IMG/VR virus record: IMGVR_UViG_3300037418_000840
Direction: 5' to 3' (one strand)
DNA: 64,000 nucleotides
Origin: a virus
Lineage: Duplodnaviria > Caudoviricetes
Shown here in pieces: positions 54,955 through 64,000 of this stretch. The translations under genes and the position numbers were made by a program. Numbering within the stretch: position 1 is the first letter of the stretch; the number at the start of each line of letters is the position of its first letter. Under the pieces are notes generated by a model. It was given only the letters and a program-made list of their open reading frames with translations, did not search any database and was not told the DNA's origin.

Positions 54955-55416
54955 ATGAATCTCGTTCCTCGTAAGTCACGCGATCTAGTCGTGTCCGATG
55001 CGGCCGACACGCCCGAGCCAAGCCGAGAACTGAGCTTACGACTTGGTTCTAACGACTATCAGGTAGAGATCGTGCGTCGTGGAACTTTCTACGAAGGCTA
55101 CGTGTCCCAACTCCAGCCGGGTGATGCGTTTCAGTTCATGGAAGGACCCGGCAAGGGCCGTTGGTTTGGGGTCATCAATCCGATCAAGATGCTGCCCGGC
55201 CTTCACACTCGTTATGGAGAGGAACCACCGCCGATCTTTCAATTCGATGGATTAGAGATCATGCAGGCAGCACCTACGATCGAACGTCGTGCGCAAGCAC
55301 CAGCACTTCCGGCACCGGATGTTGACGACACGAAGCGATTGCCGACCACAAAGCGTCCAGCATTGCCTGCCCCAGGAGACATAGATGACGTGGACTTTAC
55401 AGAAGAAGATCTATAG
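54955..55416 (+). CDS. hypothetical protein
   Basis: GTAAATA upstream; GGAG RBS. Confidence 0.6.
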   Translation: MNLVPRKSRDLVVSDAADTPEPSRELSLRLGSNDYQVEIVRRGTFYEGYVSQLQPGDAFQFMEGPGKGRWFGVINPIKMLPGLHTRYGEEPPPIFQFDGLEIMQAAPTIERRAQAPALPAPDVDDTKRLPTTKRPALPAPGDIDDVDFTEEDL

Positions 55417-55870
55417 GCCGACAGGTGAACGTTATTCCTACGATCTGGCTACGCCAACGATCACGGGCTTCTTTGGCGACAATCGAGTCCTGAGCAACTT
55501 CTATCCACGAGAGCTCGTATTATACAACATACCGTTCAAGACAGCCGAACACGCGTATGTATGGCACAAGTCTAATGACCTTGCTTTTCGACGCATGGTC
55601 CTGGCCGCACGATCTCCCGTAGAAGCCAAACGCATAGGTCGTAAGGTTCAGCTACGTGCTGATTGGGAACAGGTCAAACTCCAGACGATGCGCATCGTTC
55701 TGGACGCCAAGTTTCGAGACCCTCAGCTACGCGATTTCCTGTTGAACACCGGTTTCCGTTATCTCGAAGAGCTCAACACGTGGGACGATCGTTATTGGGG
55801 CGTATGTGGAGGCCTTGGCAAGAACCATCTTGGACGCCAACTGATGGTCGTCAGGGAAAGCTACCGATAA
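55385..55870 (+). CDS. NADAR (YbiA/DUF1768) family protein
   Basis: LSNFYP, TAEHAY, DWEQVK, AKF, DRYWG, GKNHLG..LM. Confidence 0.9.
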   Translation: MTWTLQKKIYRPTGERYSYDLATPTITGFFGDNRVLSNFYPRELVLYNIPFKTAEHAYVWHKSNDLAFRRMVLAARSPVEAKRIGRKVQLRADWEQVKLQTMRIVLDAKFRDPQLRDFLLNTGFRYLEELNTWDDRYWGVCGGLGKNHLGRQLMVVRESYR

Positions 55871-55904
55871 ATTTGATGGTAAACGCCCTTACTATGAGGA
55901 CCCT

Positions 55905-56909
55905 ATGAGCGCCATCACTTTGCGGGCTGCCACACGTCTCCACGCGCTTGAAACAAGCGAATGGTGGGACAACCTGCCTGTTGACCAGAAGAAGCAGTAT
56001 CTCGAAGAACATCCGCACAGCAAATATGCGGACCAGACACTACACGAACACGAAGAACGCAAGGCCAAGGAAGGTCACAGTGAAGAACGGCCAGCTACGG
56101 CCATGACTCCTGGAAGTCCACAACGTCGCAAGATGGCCGAAGGGATTCGCAAGCATGCGCCAACCATCGCGAAGACGTTGCACCACACGTTTCCGAGGAT
56201 CAGTAGTGCAGTGTCGGCCCTTCATCATCTGGCGACAGGCAAACCACTGGACCACAAGCACAAAGAAGTTCTGCACGAATTGGGTGGCATTGCGCTGAAG
56301 ACCGCGGTGAGCAGCGCCCTAGGTCCTCACGCAGCAAAAGCGGTTGGTCAGGTGAGTGTGACCGCCGTTGCATACGGGATCGAGAAGTTCAAAGAACACA
56401 AAGAAAAGAAGAAGGGTGGTGACGATCTGGAGACCTTTGTCGAAGCAGTAGCTGACGGGGTCGAACACGCAGAAGTCGCTAAGGTGCCCAAGGAACACGC
56501 ACAGCCTAAATCTTCGTACCGATCGGCCATCGGCCAGCATATCAAGAAGAGCGCCAGTCACATTGTATCAGTGATTGACCGCTCGTTCAAGGACATCAAA
56601 CCGGCATCCCAGGGCTTAGCCGCGTTCGTTCAGCGCAAGCCGATGACCGATGAACAGCAGCACGCAATGAAGAACCTCGGGAAATTCGCGCTCGCTACCT
56701 CGATCGCCACATTACCGGGTGGACTGGCCGCACACTTGGCCGCAGGAGCCGGTGCCGCAGCGCTAACCCATGCCTACAAAGTAATCCGCTCCCATGAGGG
56801 CCACGGGTCGCTGGTCCATCGACTTGTGGAAGCTATTGGAGAGGGTCTGGAAGATGCAATCATCGAAGAAGGAGGCGGTGGTGAAGGACATCACGGCGGT
56901 CACGGATGA
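55905..56909 (+). CDS. His-rich protein with internal duplication
   Basis: two similar helical units of about 130 aa. Confidence 0.7.
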   Translation: MSAITLRAATRLHALETSEWWDNLPVDQKKQYLEEHPHSKYADQTLHEHEERKAKEGHSEERPATAMTPGSPQRRKMAEGIRKHAPTIAKTLHHTFPRISSAVSALHHLATGKPLDHKHKEVLHELGGIALKTAVSSALGPHAAKAVGQVSVTAVAYGIEKFKEHKEKKKGGDDLETFVEAVADGVEHAEVAKVPKEHAQPKSSYRSAIGQHIKKSASHIVSVIDRSFKDIKPASQGLAAFVQRKPMTDEQQHAMKNLGKFALATSIATLPGGLAAHLAAGAGAAALTHAYKVIRSHEGHGSLVHRLVEAIGEGLEDAIIEEGGGGEGHHGGHG

Positions 56910-56945
56910 CGGCCTTCATTTGAGTTTTTATACATAGGTGGTCTG

Positions 56946-57488
56946 ATGAGCGCTTCTCACCAAGAAGTTGATGAAATCATTATCCTCGTTGATCTTGAGG
57001 ATCCAATGACTTACGACACCGAGTTCCAGAATCGTATCCAATACGGAGGCTTCGTAAAGGATTGGTCGGAATTCACTGCTGATACTCGCGAAACCATTCG
57101 CAAGAATCAAGACGATGACGAGCTTACGAACAGCAAGTTCTTCATCGAGGTCTACACTGACCGACTTGCTGACTTTGTGCAGGCGGTCCTCTGTAACCAT
57201 GATTGGCAGCGTGCCCTCATCTTCCGCGAAGAGCGTGTGATAGGCCCAGATCTTGACGAAGCTGCTGAGATGAGTGGCTCTGATCTGGAGGAATCCTGTA
57301 CGATTCACCATTACTACGAGCTACAGACCATAGCCCGTATGCCGTTTGCCAGCCTCGACATCGATGAAGAAGACGAGGAAGACGAAGACGCTGACAGCGA
57401 AGAGGAGGAAGAAGTCGATACCAAGATGGCGGCGGAGTTCGACAAGTATCCGTCACTCTTTGTCTGTCGGAACAAGACTGTGCACTGA
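56946..57488 (+). CDS. acidic hypothetical protein
   Basis: 180-aa ORF. Confidence 0.65.
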   Translation: MSASHQEVDEIIILVDLEDPMTYDTEFQNRIQYGGFVKDWSEFTADTRETIRKNQDDDELTNSKFFIEVYTDRLADFVQAVLCNHDWQRALIFREERVIGPDLDEAAEMSGSDLEESCTIHHYYELQTIARMPFASLDIDEEDEEDEDADSEEEEEVDTKMAAEFDKYPSLFVCRNKTVH

Positions 57489-57533
57489 CCGTGCCGTAAA
57501 TAGAGGGCCTAAGGGAATCCTGGGCTCATACCA

Positions 57534-59270
57534 ATGCAAACATCCCGCATTCGCAACGCCGTTCGTGCGTTGTGTCGAGAAGCCTCTGCTCGGCTTCGGC
57601 TCCAACCTATGGAGCTCTTACGCTTGCAGCGCGCAACGACTGTTACGCAGTTCATCGCCTGCTGCTTGCATCTTGAAGTGGAACGGTCAAAGAACAACCC
57701 CTTGCGTAAAGCCATTCGTGGTCTGAAGCGCAAGGGGTCGTTGCCCGTTTTCCAAAATGCTAATGATCCCCGTTGGTCCCTGCTGTACTTTATGATTCAG
57801 GACTTGCTACGCAACGACACAGCCAAGTTCTTTGACACACCGTCCGACGTCCAGACGGTAGGCAATCCATTGGAAGACCCACTTCAAGCATCTGAGTGGG
57901 TGGATCCCTTCAGTATAGATGCGATGATTGAGGGTGCCGCACCTAAGCCTATGGCTGCCCCGATTGATAGCGAAGATGACGAACACGATGCTGAACCTCT
58001 CGTCGATCACCTAGCTTTATTCGGAACCCTACCTCCTACGCGCGTGCATGTGCCGGCTGAACGGCCGTCAATCAACTGGAATACTCAGCAGGATCGCGCG
58101 TTCAAGGCCGTTTTTACATGGCTCAAAAGCTCAAATCGTAAGCCAGTGTTCCGTCTCTTTGGTTATGCCGGGACGGGCAAGACGACGATGGCCAAGGAGA
58201 TCGCGTGGAACGTTGAGCACGGTGAAAGCGGTCTCTCGGCTGGCGATGTTATGTTCGCAGCCTTCACCGGTAAAGCCGCGTCGGTCCTCCGGTCAAAGGG
58301 ATGCCTTGGAGCACAGACAATCCACAGCTTGATCTACCGTCCGCTTATCGACCCGGTGACCGGTGTCTTGATTGGGACAAAGATCAATGACGAGTCACCA
58401 CTCAAATACGCGAAGCTGCTGATCGTCGACGAAGTGTCTATGGTCAACGAAGAGATGGCCCGCGACCTCATGTCGTTTGGTGTTCCTATTCTGGTTCTTG
58501 GCGACCCCGGACAGTTGGATCCTATCAAGGGCGAGGGCTATTTCACTCAGGCTCGACCCGATGTTATGCTGACCAAGGTCGAACGTCAAGCCGCCGAGAG
58601 CCCAATCATCTGGCTAGCGACCCGTGTACGTCTGAAGAAGAGCTTGAGCGTTGGCAACTATGGCACGTCACGAGTCACACGCAAGGACATCACTGATACG
58701 CACATCGAGTGGGCGGACATGATACTGACGGGCATGCGCAACACACGCGCGGCCTATAACAGACGTGTTCGTCGTGTCAATGGTTTGTACGACATTGACA
58801 CACAGTTCCCGGTCAAAGGCGACACCTTAATGTGCTTAAGGAACAACAAGAACAACGGGTTGCTCAACGGAACACTGTGGACCGCGTCTCAGCCAGAGCT
58901 CAAGACTATCCAACGCCTGAAGGACTTCAAGCGGCCGCTCCTAGGATACGAACCGACCAATATCGAGGGTCTGCATTTCCGTGCACGATCCAACGATATC
59001 TTCGATGCTGACGGACAACCTCTCATAGTCAATACGGTGTGCTCGACCCATCATTTCGATGAATCGTTGCCAGAGCCTAATTGGCGTGAGATTGCGGGCA
59101 CCGACGAATGGGGGTTTGGCTACGCGTCAACGACACACAAAGCTCAGGGCAGTCAGTGGGCGAAAGGTATCGTCATTGATGAGTCGTTCGTTTTCAGTGA
59201 TCAGGCAGAGAAACATCTGTACACGGCTATCACCCGTTTTGCCGACGCGGTGCGTATCAAGCGTTCCTAG
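57534..59270 (+). CDS. RecD/Dda-like SF1B helicase
   Basis: GYAGTGKT, TIHSLIY, DEVSM, GDPGQL, ERQA, GYASTTHKAQGSQW, YTAITR. Confidence 0.9.
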   Translation: MQTSRIRNAVRALCREASARLRLQPMELLRLQRATTVTQFIACCLHLEVERSKNNPLRKAIRGLKRKGSLPVFQNANDPRWSLLYFMIQDLLRNDTAKFFDTPSDVQTVGNPLEDPLQASEWVDPFSIDAMIEGAAPKPMAAPIDSEDDEHDAEPLVDHLALFGTLPPTRVHVPAERPSINWNTQQDRAFKAVFTWLKSSNRKPVFRLFGYAGTGKTTMAKEIAWNVEHGESGLSAGDVMFAAFTGKAASVLRSKGCLGAQTIHSLIYRPLIDPVTGVLIGTKINDESPLKYAKLLIVDEVSMVNEEMARDLMSFGVPILVLGDPGQLDPIKGEGYFTQARPDVMLTKVERQAAESPIIWLATRVRLKKSLSVGNYGTSRVTRKDITDTHIEWADMILTGMRNTRAAYNRRVRRVNGLYDIDTQFPVKGDTLMCLRNNKNNGLLNGTLWTASQPELKTIQRLKDFKRPLLGYEPTNIEGLHFRARSNDIFDADGQPLIVNTVCSTHHFDESLPEPNWREIAGTDEWGFGYASTTHKAQGSQWAKGIVIDESFVFSDQAEKHLYTAITRFADAVRIKRS

Positions 59271-59279
59271 GAGAACACG

Positions 59280-59633
59280 ATGGACAGCAAAAGTTGGATT
59301 GGAGTCGATTTCGACGGCACCCTCGCTCACTATGATCGATGGCGCGGACCTACCCATTTAGGCAAGCCCATTCCTAAGATGGTCAAGCTCGTACAGCAGA
59401 TGCTTGCCAAGGGCAAGACGGTCAAAATCTTTACGTCTCGTGTTGCTGAGGGAGAGGGCCGTGATCCTGAACTGAGTCGGCGTCTTATCGGTGATTGGAC
59501 CGAGAAGCATGTTGGTCAGCGCCTTGAAGTGACCAACATCAAGGACCCTCACATGATCGAATGCTATGACGATCGAGCCATCCAGGTGTTGACCAATACT
59601 GGTCGACGCGTTGTCTTAAAGAACAAGGAGTGA
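59280..59633 (+). CDS. HAD-superfamily phosphatase (PNKP-phosphatase-like)
   Basis: WIGVDFDGTL, IFTSR, YDDRA. Confidence 0.75.
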   Translation: MDSKSWIGVDFDGTLAHYDRWRGPTHLGKPIPKMVKLVQQMLAKGKTVKIFTSRVAEGEGRDPELSRRLIGDWTEKHVGQRLEVTNIKDPHMIECYDDRAIQVLTNTGRRVVLKNKE

Positions 59634-60454
59634 CCATGCTTAACGAAACGTACGAACTCGTACCGAGTGAGGAAGGACTGGCTTTGTTCAGGGCTATAGT
59701 GCCTGATGCTGACTTCTATCTGCGAGTGGCCCACACGGGTACGCATCATCTGAATCCATATCACAATCTTACGCATGAGCTCGCTACGTGCTATTGGGCC
59801 TATTCGTGTTATGTGAACAGTCATTCGGATTCACGTTCAGTGCCGTTGACTTCGGATATCTCGACAGAAGCTCGTGTTATTCTGATAGCCTCGCTGTTCC
59901 ACGATCACAATCATAGTGGTGGCCGCCTGACCGACGATCAGAACGTGAAACGAGCTCAGCATTTTGTACACTACACCATAGGTCAGGAGCGAGTGACATC
60001 CGATATGGGTGGATTTGGCTTCTCAACTCTTAAAGATGCGATCTCGTGCACGCGATTTGTCGACGGCCGTTTTCCTGAAGAGCCTACTTCGTTGGAAGCC
60101 AAGTGTCTGCGAGATGCTGACTTGATGAGCATCTACTCGAACGAGGGCCGTCACCTGCTGCTCGGCCTACTCCAAGAGCTTGGCTGGACTCGTGATACTT
60201 TGGCTGACGTGGCAATCATTATGGAACGACAGACCAAATTCCTGACCGAAGCCAAGATGTACACGTCGTTCGGCACATTCATGAAGGACCATTATCTGAA
60301 GGACGCGCTTGATGCCTTTGCGTACTTACTTCGGTCGCAGTTGAAGACCGACAGTCGACCGTGGCCCACGCCGGGTCTCATAATGACCAACGCAGGTGCC
60401 AAGATGATGGCCGACGCGGCAAGCGCTGCGTCCAACCCTCAAGACGGTAAATAA
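59630..60454 (+). CDS. HD-domain phosphohydrolase
   Basis: NPYHNLTH, LFHDHNH, LRDADL. Confidence 0.8.
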   Translation: MTMLNETYELVPSEEGLALFRAIVPDADFYLRVAHTGTHHLNPYHNLTHELATCYWAYSCYVNSHSDSRSVPLTSDISTEARVILIASLFHDHNHSGGRLTDDQNVKRAQHFVHYTIGQERVTSDMGGFGFSTLKDAISCTRFVDGRFPEEPTSLEAKCLRDADLMSIYSNEGRHLLLGLLQELGWTRDTLADVAIIMERQTKFLTEAKMYTSFGTFMKDHYLKDALDAFAYLLRSQLKTDSRPWPTPGLIMTNAGAKMMADAASAASNPQDGK

Positions 60455-60478
60455 GGGGGCTACCCTTAAGAGGTTCAT

Positions 60479-63400
60479 ATGCTTGACGCTGTCTTTCAAT
60501 TCGATCCCGAGCACGAAGTGTTCGAGAAACGCGAGCCCTACAAGCTCGTGCTCAAACGCTGTAGTGATTGGCAGCGGGCCGGTCGCCGTGTGATGATCAT
60601 CATGCAGACGGTGGACGCCCGTGACCTCACCGCTGGTGAGATCATGGGTGACAAGGGCACCGATCAGGTGGTCCAGAACGCGATACGGTATAGTCGTAAG
60701 ATCGCTGGCCGCTATGCTAAGAAGGGGGTTCCCGCCGCATCCTACGCGGTGGTCAACTTCAATGCGGCCAAGCACTTACATCTGGCGAAGATACAGCGCC
60801 GTGAGATGGAGCAGGTGTTCGCATGGCGTATTCGGAAGATGATCGCCAAGCTGAAGCCCACTCATATACTGGTCAGTGGCGACGAAGCAATGCACGCTCT
60901 GTTCCCAAAGATCGACCACCCACAGTTCAAGCGTGGATGGATCCACACCATGAAGTCCAAGGCGGGACCTATCAAGGTTACGAACACCCTGGACTTCTAT
61001 CGTTTGCTGGAAAAAGATGGGGCTAAGGCCAATCTCCTTGGCTTCTGGTGTCGTCACTTGGCATGGCTCATGCTGGGGGCCAACCCGCATGATCTGTCAC
61101 ATATCAAGGCGGAGCCCCGCTACATCAATACGATCGAGAAGTTCGATATGCTGATGCGCCGCTTTGATGCGGCTGAACGCGTCGCGGTCGATACCGAAAC
61201 GAAAAATCTGTCGGTCTTGCACAACAAGATCTACACGATGCAGTTCTGTATGAACCAGAATGAGAGTGCAGGCTACGTTCTGCCCATTGACCATCCACTG
61301 GCCCATTGGAAAAAGAGCGAACGCCTGTACATCAAACGTGAGCTACGGAAACGCTATTCGGCCAAGAAGGGGCCGATGCTCATAACCTTCAACGGCATGT
61401 TCGATCTGCGGATCATACGCCAACAGTTGAAGATCCCCTTCATGTGGCTCAAGGTGTGGGAGATTACGTTCGGTGAGCATGATCTGGACGAGAACTACAC
61501 GGCGCTCAATAGCGTGTGCTTCATGGAGGACACTCAGCTAGGTGGCCCTTCTAAGTTCGGTGGCCTGCGCCCCATCTACTGTTCGTACGGCAACGACTTC
61601 TACATGACGGCCGAATTCGGTAAGGAAGACCGAAACACGTCAGGAACTGTCCAGCCGAACAACCGTGGGTTCCTCATGTACGGTGCGACTGACGTCGTGT
61701 CGATCATGCACATATACCACGAGCAGATTCGTCGTGCGTCCTATATGTCGATTGGGGACCACAACTATAAGCCGTTCTTTGTCCGTCACATGATCAACCA
61801 GATGTCGGACGCGGCTCATCAGTTGTCGCACATGGCTCAGGACGGATCGTTAGTCGATCGTCCATACGTACGGTCTCTGCTTGGGTCTGAGTCACCTCTG
61901 CGTGTAGAATTGAAGAAGGCTCTAGGCGCGCTGTCGATTCACAAGGAAGTGAAGCAGGCCAACGCTGAACTCCTCCAGGAATCTGGATTCAAAGCCAAGT
62001 CGCTATTTGCCCGTCGCGGTCAAGCCAGGACCACGGCTAGTTGGACCTTCAACTTCAACAAGACCGAGCACAAGCGTAAGCTCTTCTTCGATGTTCTTGG
62101 ACTGGAAGCTGTGACCCAGACAAAGAAGGGGGCTGATGCCATCGACAAGAAGTTCATTGCCCATCACAAGGATCGGAACAAGATCGTTAGCCTTTATGGT
62201 GAATACCAACAGGCGACCAAACTCCTGTCCACCTATGTGAAGGGTTGGTACAAGAAGCTGACGTCCAAGCTTGACGAAGCCACGGATTCGTTCTTGCGTG
62301 CATCGTATGGTATTGTTGATACCGGGCGTCTTAAGTCGTACGATCCGAACCTTCAGCAGATCCCATCACGTGGTCGCTTGGTGAAGATCATCAAGAGTAT
62401 GTTCCCGGCACCACGGGGCAAGTTATTGATCCGCTTCGACTATTCGGCACACGAAGTCCGTATCTGGTCGATCGTCAGTGGAGACAAGGTGCTGGCCGAA
62501 TCGTTCCGAGCCGGCCAGAAGCTAAGACAGGCGTTCATCAAGGATCCCTCTGACGAGAACCGCAAGGCCATCAAAGAGAAGGGCGACATTCACATCTTGA
62601 ACGTCTTGCGCTTCTTTGGCAAGCTGGTGGACAAGGACCATCCGCTGCGTGACGCGGTTAAAAAGGTTGTGTTCGGGGTCCTGTATGGTAAGGGTGCAGA
62701 GACGCTTGGTATCGACACGAAGGAAGGCGATCTGACTGCGTTGAAATCCAAGATTGGTGCCCTGTATGAAGAGTCACTGGTGACCAAGGACAATCGACGT
62801 CTTGTCGAAATCAACAAGGCTTTGGAGGAACTGGATTTCAAGCTGACGAAGCTAATGGACGAAGACCGCACGGACTACGCTCAGGACATCGTCAACAAGA
62901 TGTTCCAAGAGTTCAAGGCTGGCGCGCGCTGGACCGAGAAGATGCAACGCATGGCCGAACAAGAGTTCCAGGTCTATGCACCGAATGGTCGTATCCGTCA
63001 CTTGTTTGCCGCGATGACGGGTGATCGCAAGATCGTTGCCCGTCAGGTTCGTCGTGGATCGAATGCGCCAGTTCAGGGCTTTGCCTCGGAGATCGGCATC
63101 AAGGCAGCGCATCGAATCATGGACACGTACTACCGCAACTTGAAGATCTTCAAGCAGAAGCTGGGGATCAACAAGTCGGATTGGGACATGCGAGTGCTGT
63201 TCAACCGTCAGGTCCACGATGCACTGTACTACAGCGTGCCTTACGAGATGGTGGTGCCCTTCATCCATATCCTGCTTCACGAAGCTACGTATGGTGTGAC
63301 CCAAGCCTACCAGAAGGAGTTCAACATCAAGTTCACCGTCGAGCCCGAGATCGAAATGGAATTCGGTATGCGCGACGACAAGAGCCGGAAGTGGGACTTC

Positions 63401-63706
63401 GCAATGCCTAGTGCGATCAACATAATCAAGCAGGCAGTTGCTGATGGTGACGAGCTTGGCCTTCTCGATGGCTCACAGTCGGAAGTCTTGGCCAAGATCT
63501 TCAAGCCGTGGCGTTCCAAGTCTATGCGTGCATCACTGCAAGACCAATGGCCGTTGCTTGGCGTCCGTAACCTAGATCGTCAGATTGCTGACGCAGTGAA
63601 AGACTGCACGAAACCGTACGTCAAGCCTGAAGAGCCGCCGAAAGAAGCCCAGAAGGCAGCGACGCCGGATGTGAAAGCTAAGGCCAAAATCAAGGAGACC
63701 GCCTGA
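60479..63706 (+). CDS. polA: family A DNA polymerase with 3'-5' exonuclease and N-terminal extra domain
   Basis: VAVDTET, TGRLKSYDPNLQQIP, FDYSAHEVR, R..VKKVVFGVLYG, NAPVQG, QVHDAL. Confidence 0.92.
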   Translation: MLDAVFQFDPEHEVFEKREPYKLVLKRCSDWQRAGRRVMIIMQTVDARDLTAGEIMGDKGTDQVVQNAIRYSRKIAGRYAKKGVPAASYAVVNFNAAKHLHLAKIQRREMEQVFAWRIRKMIAKLKPTHILVSGDEAMHALFPKIDHPQFKRGWIHTMKSKAGPIKVTNTLDFYRLLEKDGAKANLLGFWCRHLAWLMLGANPHDLSHIKAEPRYINTIEKFDMLMRRFDAAERVAVDTETKNLSVLHNKIYTMQFCMNQNESAGYVLPIDHPLAHWKKSERLYIKRELRKRYSAKKGPMLITFNGMFDLRIIRQQLKIPFMWLKVWEITFGEHDLDENYTALNSVCFMEDTQLGGPSKFGGLRPIYCSYGNDFYMTAEFGKEDRNTSGTVQPNNRGFLMYGATDVVSIMHIYHEQIRRASYMSIGDHNYKPFFVRHMINQMSDAAHQLSHMAQDGSLVDRPYVRSLLGSESPLRVELKKALGALSIHKEVKQANAELLQESGFKAKSLFARRGQARTTASWTFNFNKTEHKRKLFFDVLGLEAVTQTKKGADAIDKKFIAHHKDRNKIVSLYGEYQQATKLLSTYVKGWYKKLTSKLDEATDSFLRASYGIVDTGRLKSYDPNLQQIPSRGRLVKIIKSMFPAPRGKLLIRFDYSAHEVRIWSIVSGDKVLAESFRAGQKLRQAFIKDPSDENRKAIKEKGDIHILNVLRFFGKLVDKDHPLRDAVKKVVFGVLYGKGAETLGIDTKEGDLTALKSKIGALYEESLVTKDNRRLVEINKALEELDFKLTKLMDEDRTDYAQDIVNKMFQEFKAGARWTEKMQRMAEQEFQVYAPNGRIRHLFAAMTGDRKIVARQVRRGSNAPVQGFASEIGIKAAHRIMDTYYRNLKIFKQKLGINKSDWDMRVLFNRQVHDALYYSVPYEMVVPFIHILLHEATYGVTQAYQKEFNIKFTVEPEIEMEFGMRDDKSRKWDFAMPSAINIIKQAVADGDELGLLDGSQSEVLAKIFKPWRSKSMRASLQDQWPLLGVRNLDRQIADAVKDCTKPYVKPEEPPKEAQKAATPDVKAKAKIKETA

Positions 63707-63993
63707 TGGTCATGCTGTTGCAGTGTCGTCAAGATCGTATGTCCCATCGGCCTGAGGTGTGTCAAACCATTCTCGTATCCTATGTGACGGCCCTCACCCT
63801 GCCTGAGGCGCTACGGCGTCTCAGACAGTGGGAGACGGCGCACGATCAGCTCAAGAACGGCTGTCGTGTTTTCAACTACCTACTGATGGTGTCTAATCTC
63901 GGGGCCTTAACCATCAGCATCGAAGAGTTCGCATCATTATCTCGGGCGTCGTACATCGAAACGCTGCCACAGACATCTGAAGAATTCGAATAA
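63706..63993 (+). CDS. hypothetical protein
   Basis: TGATG coupling with polA. Confidence 0.45.
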   Translation: MVMLLQCRQDRMSHRPEVCQTILVSYVTALTLPEALRRLRQWETAHDQLKNGCRVFNYLLMVSNLGALTISIEEFASLSRASYIETLPQTSEEFE

Positions 63994-64000
63994 GGAGCAA

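Noticed and set aside
1-64000. Naming a specific phage, or calling this a prophage
   Set aside because: Cannot be confirmed without a search; no integrase or host flanking DNA is seen, and the gene set is that of a lytic jumbo-type phage

Overview
A 64-kb segment of a large lytic dsDNA (jumbo-type) phage. The host is probably a betaproteobacterium (Burkholderia/Ralstonia-like), inferred only from the host-like PpiB and RAYT-type genes. Genes run on the minus strand from 1 to 29.7 kb: HNH nuclease, type II topoisomerase A and B (B carries a class 3 mini-intein), Lys/Ala- and Asp/Glu-rich proteins, a J-domain protein, many small early-type ORFs, Nudix, SbcD-like nuclease and an SF2 helicase. 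A gene-free gap at about 29.75-30.26 kb is flanked by divergent promoters and is a candidate origin. Genes then run on the plus strand: FadR/GntR regulator, MazG-like, ATP-grasp, LysM, GroES, 18 canonical tRNAs, a degenerate RAYT transposase, TAXI binding protein, PpiB, two glycosyltransferases, NADAR, RecD/Dda-like helicase, HAD, HD and a family A DNA polymerase. A GTAAATA motif resembling the T4 late promoter was seen 21 times, always on the coding strand. The most unusual signal is RNA: among the true CCA-ending tRNAs lie several CCA-less tRNA mimics with an intact elbow but a remodelled anticodon arm. These include a circularly permuted YrlA-like RNA, a Y-RNA-like RNA, and a roughly 400-nt multi-domain structured RNA whose last helix buries the RBS of an HTH gene. 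All structures were folded by eye and protein families recognised from motifs; no searches were run.
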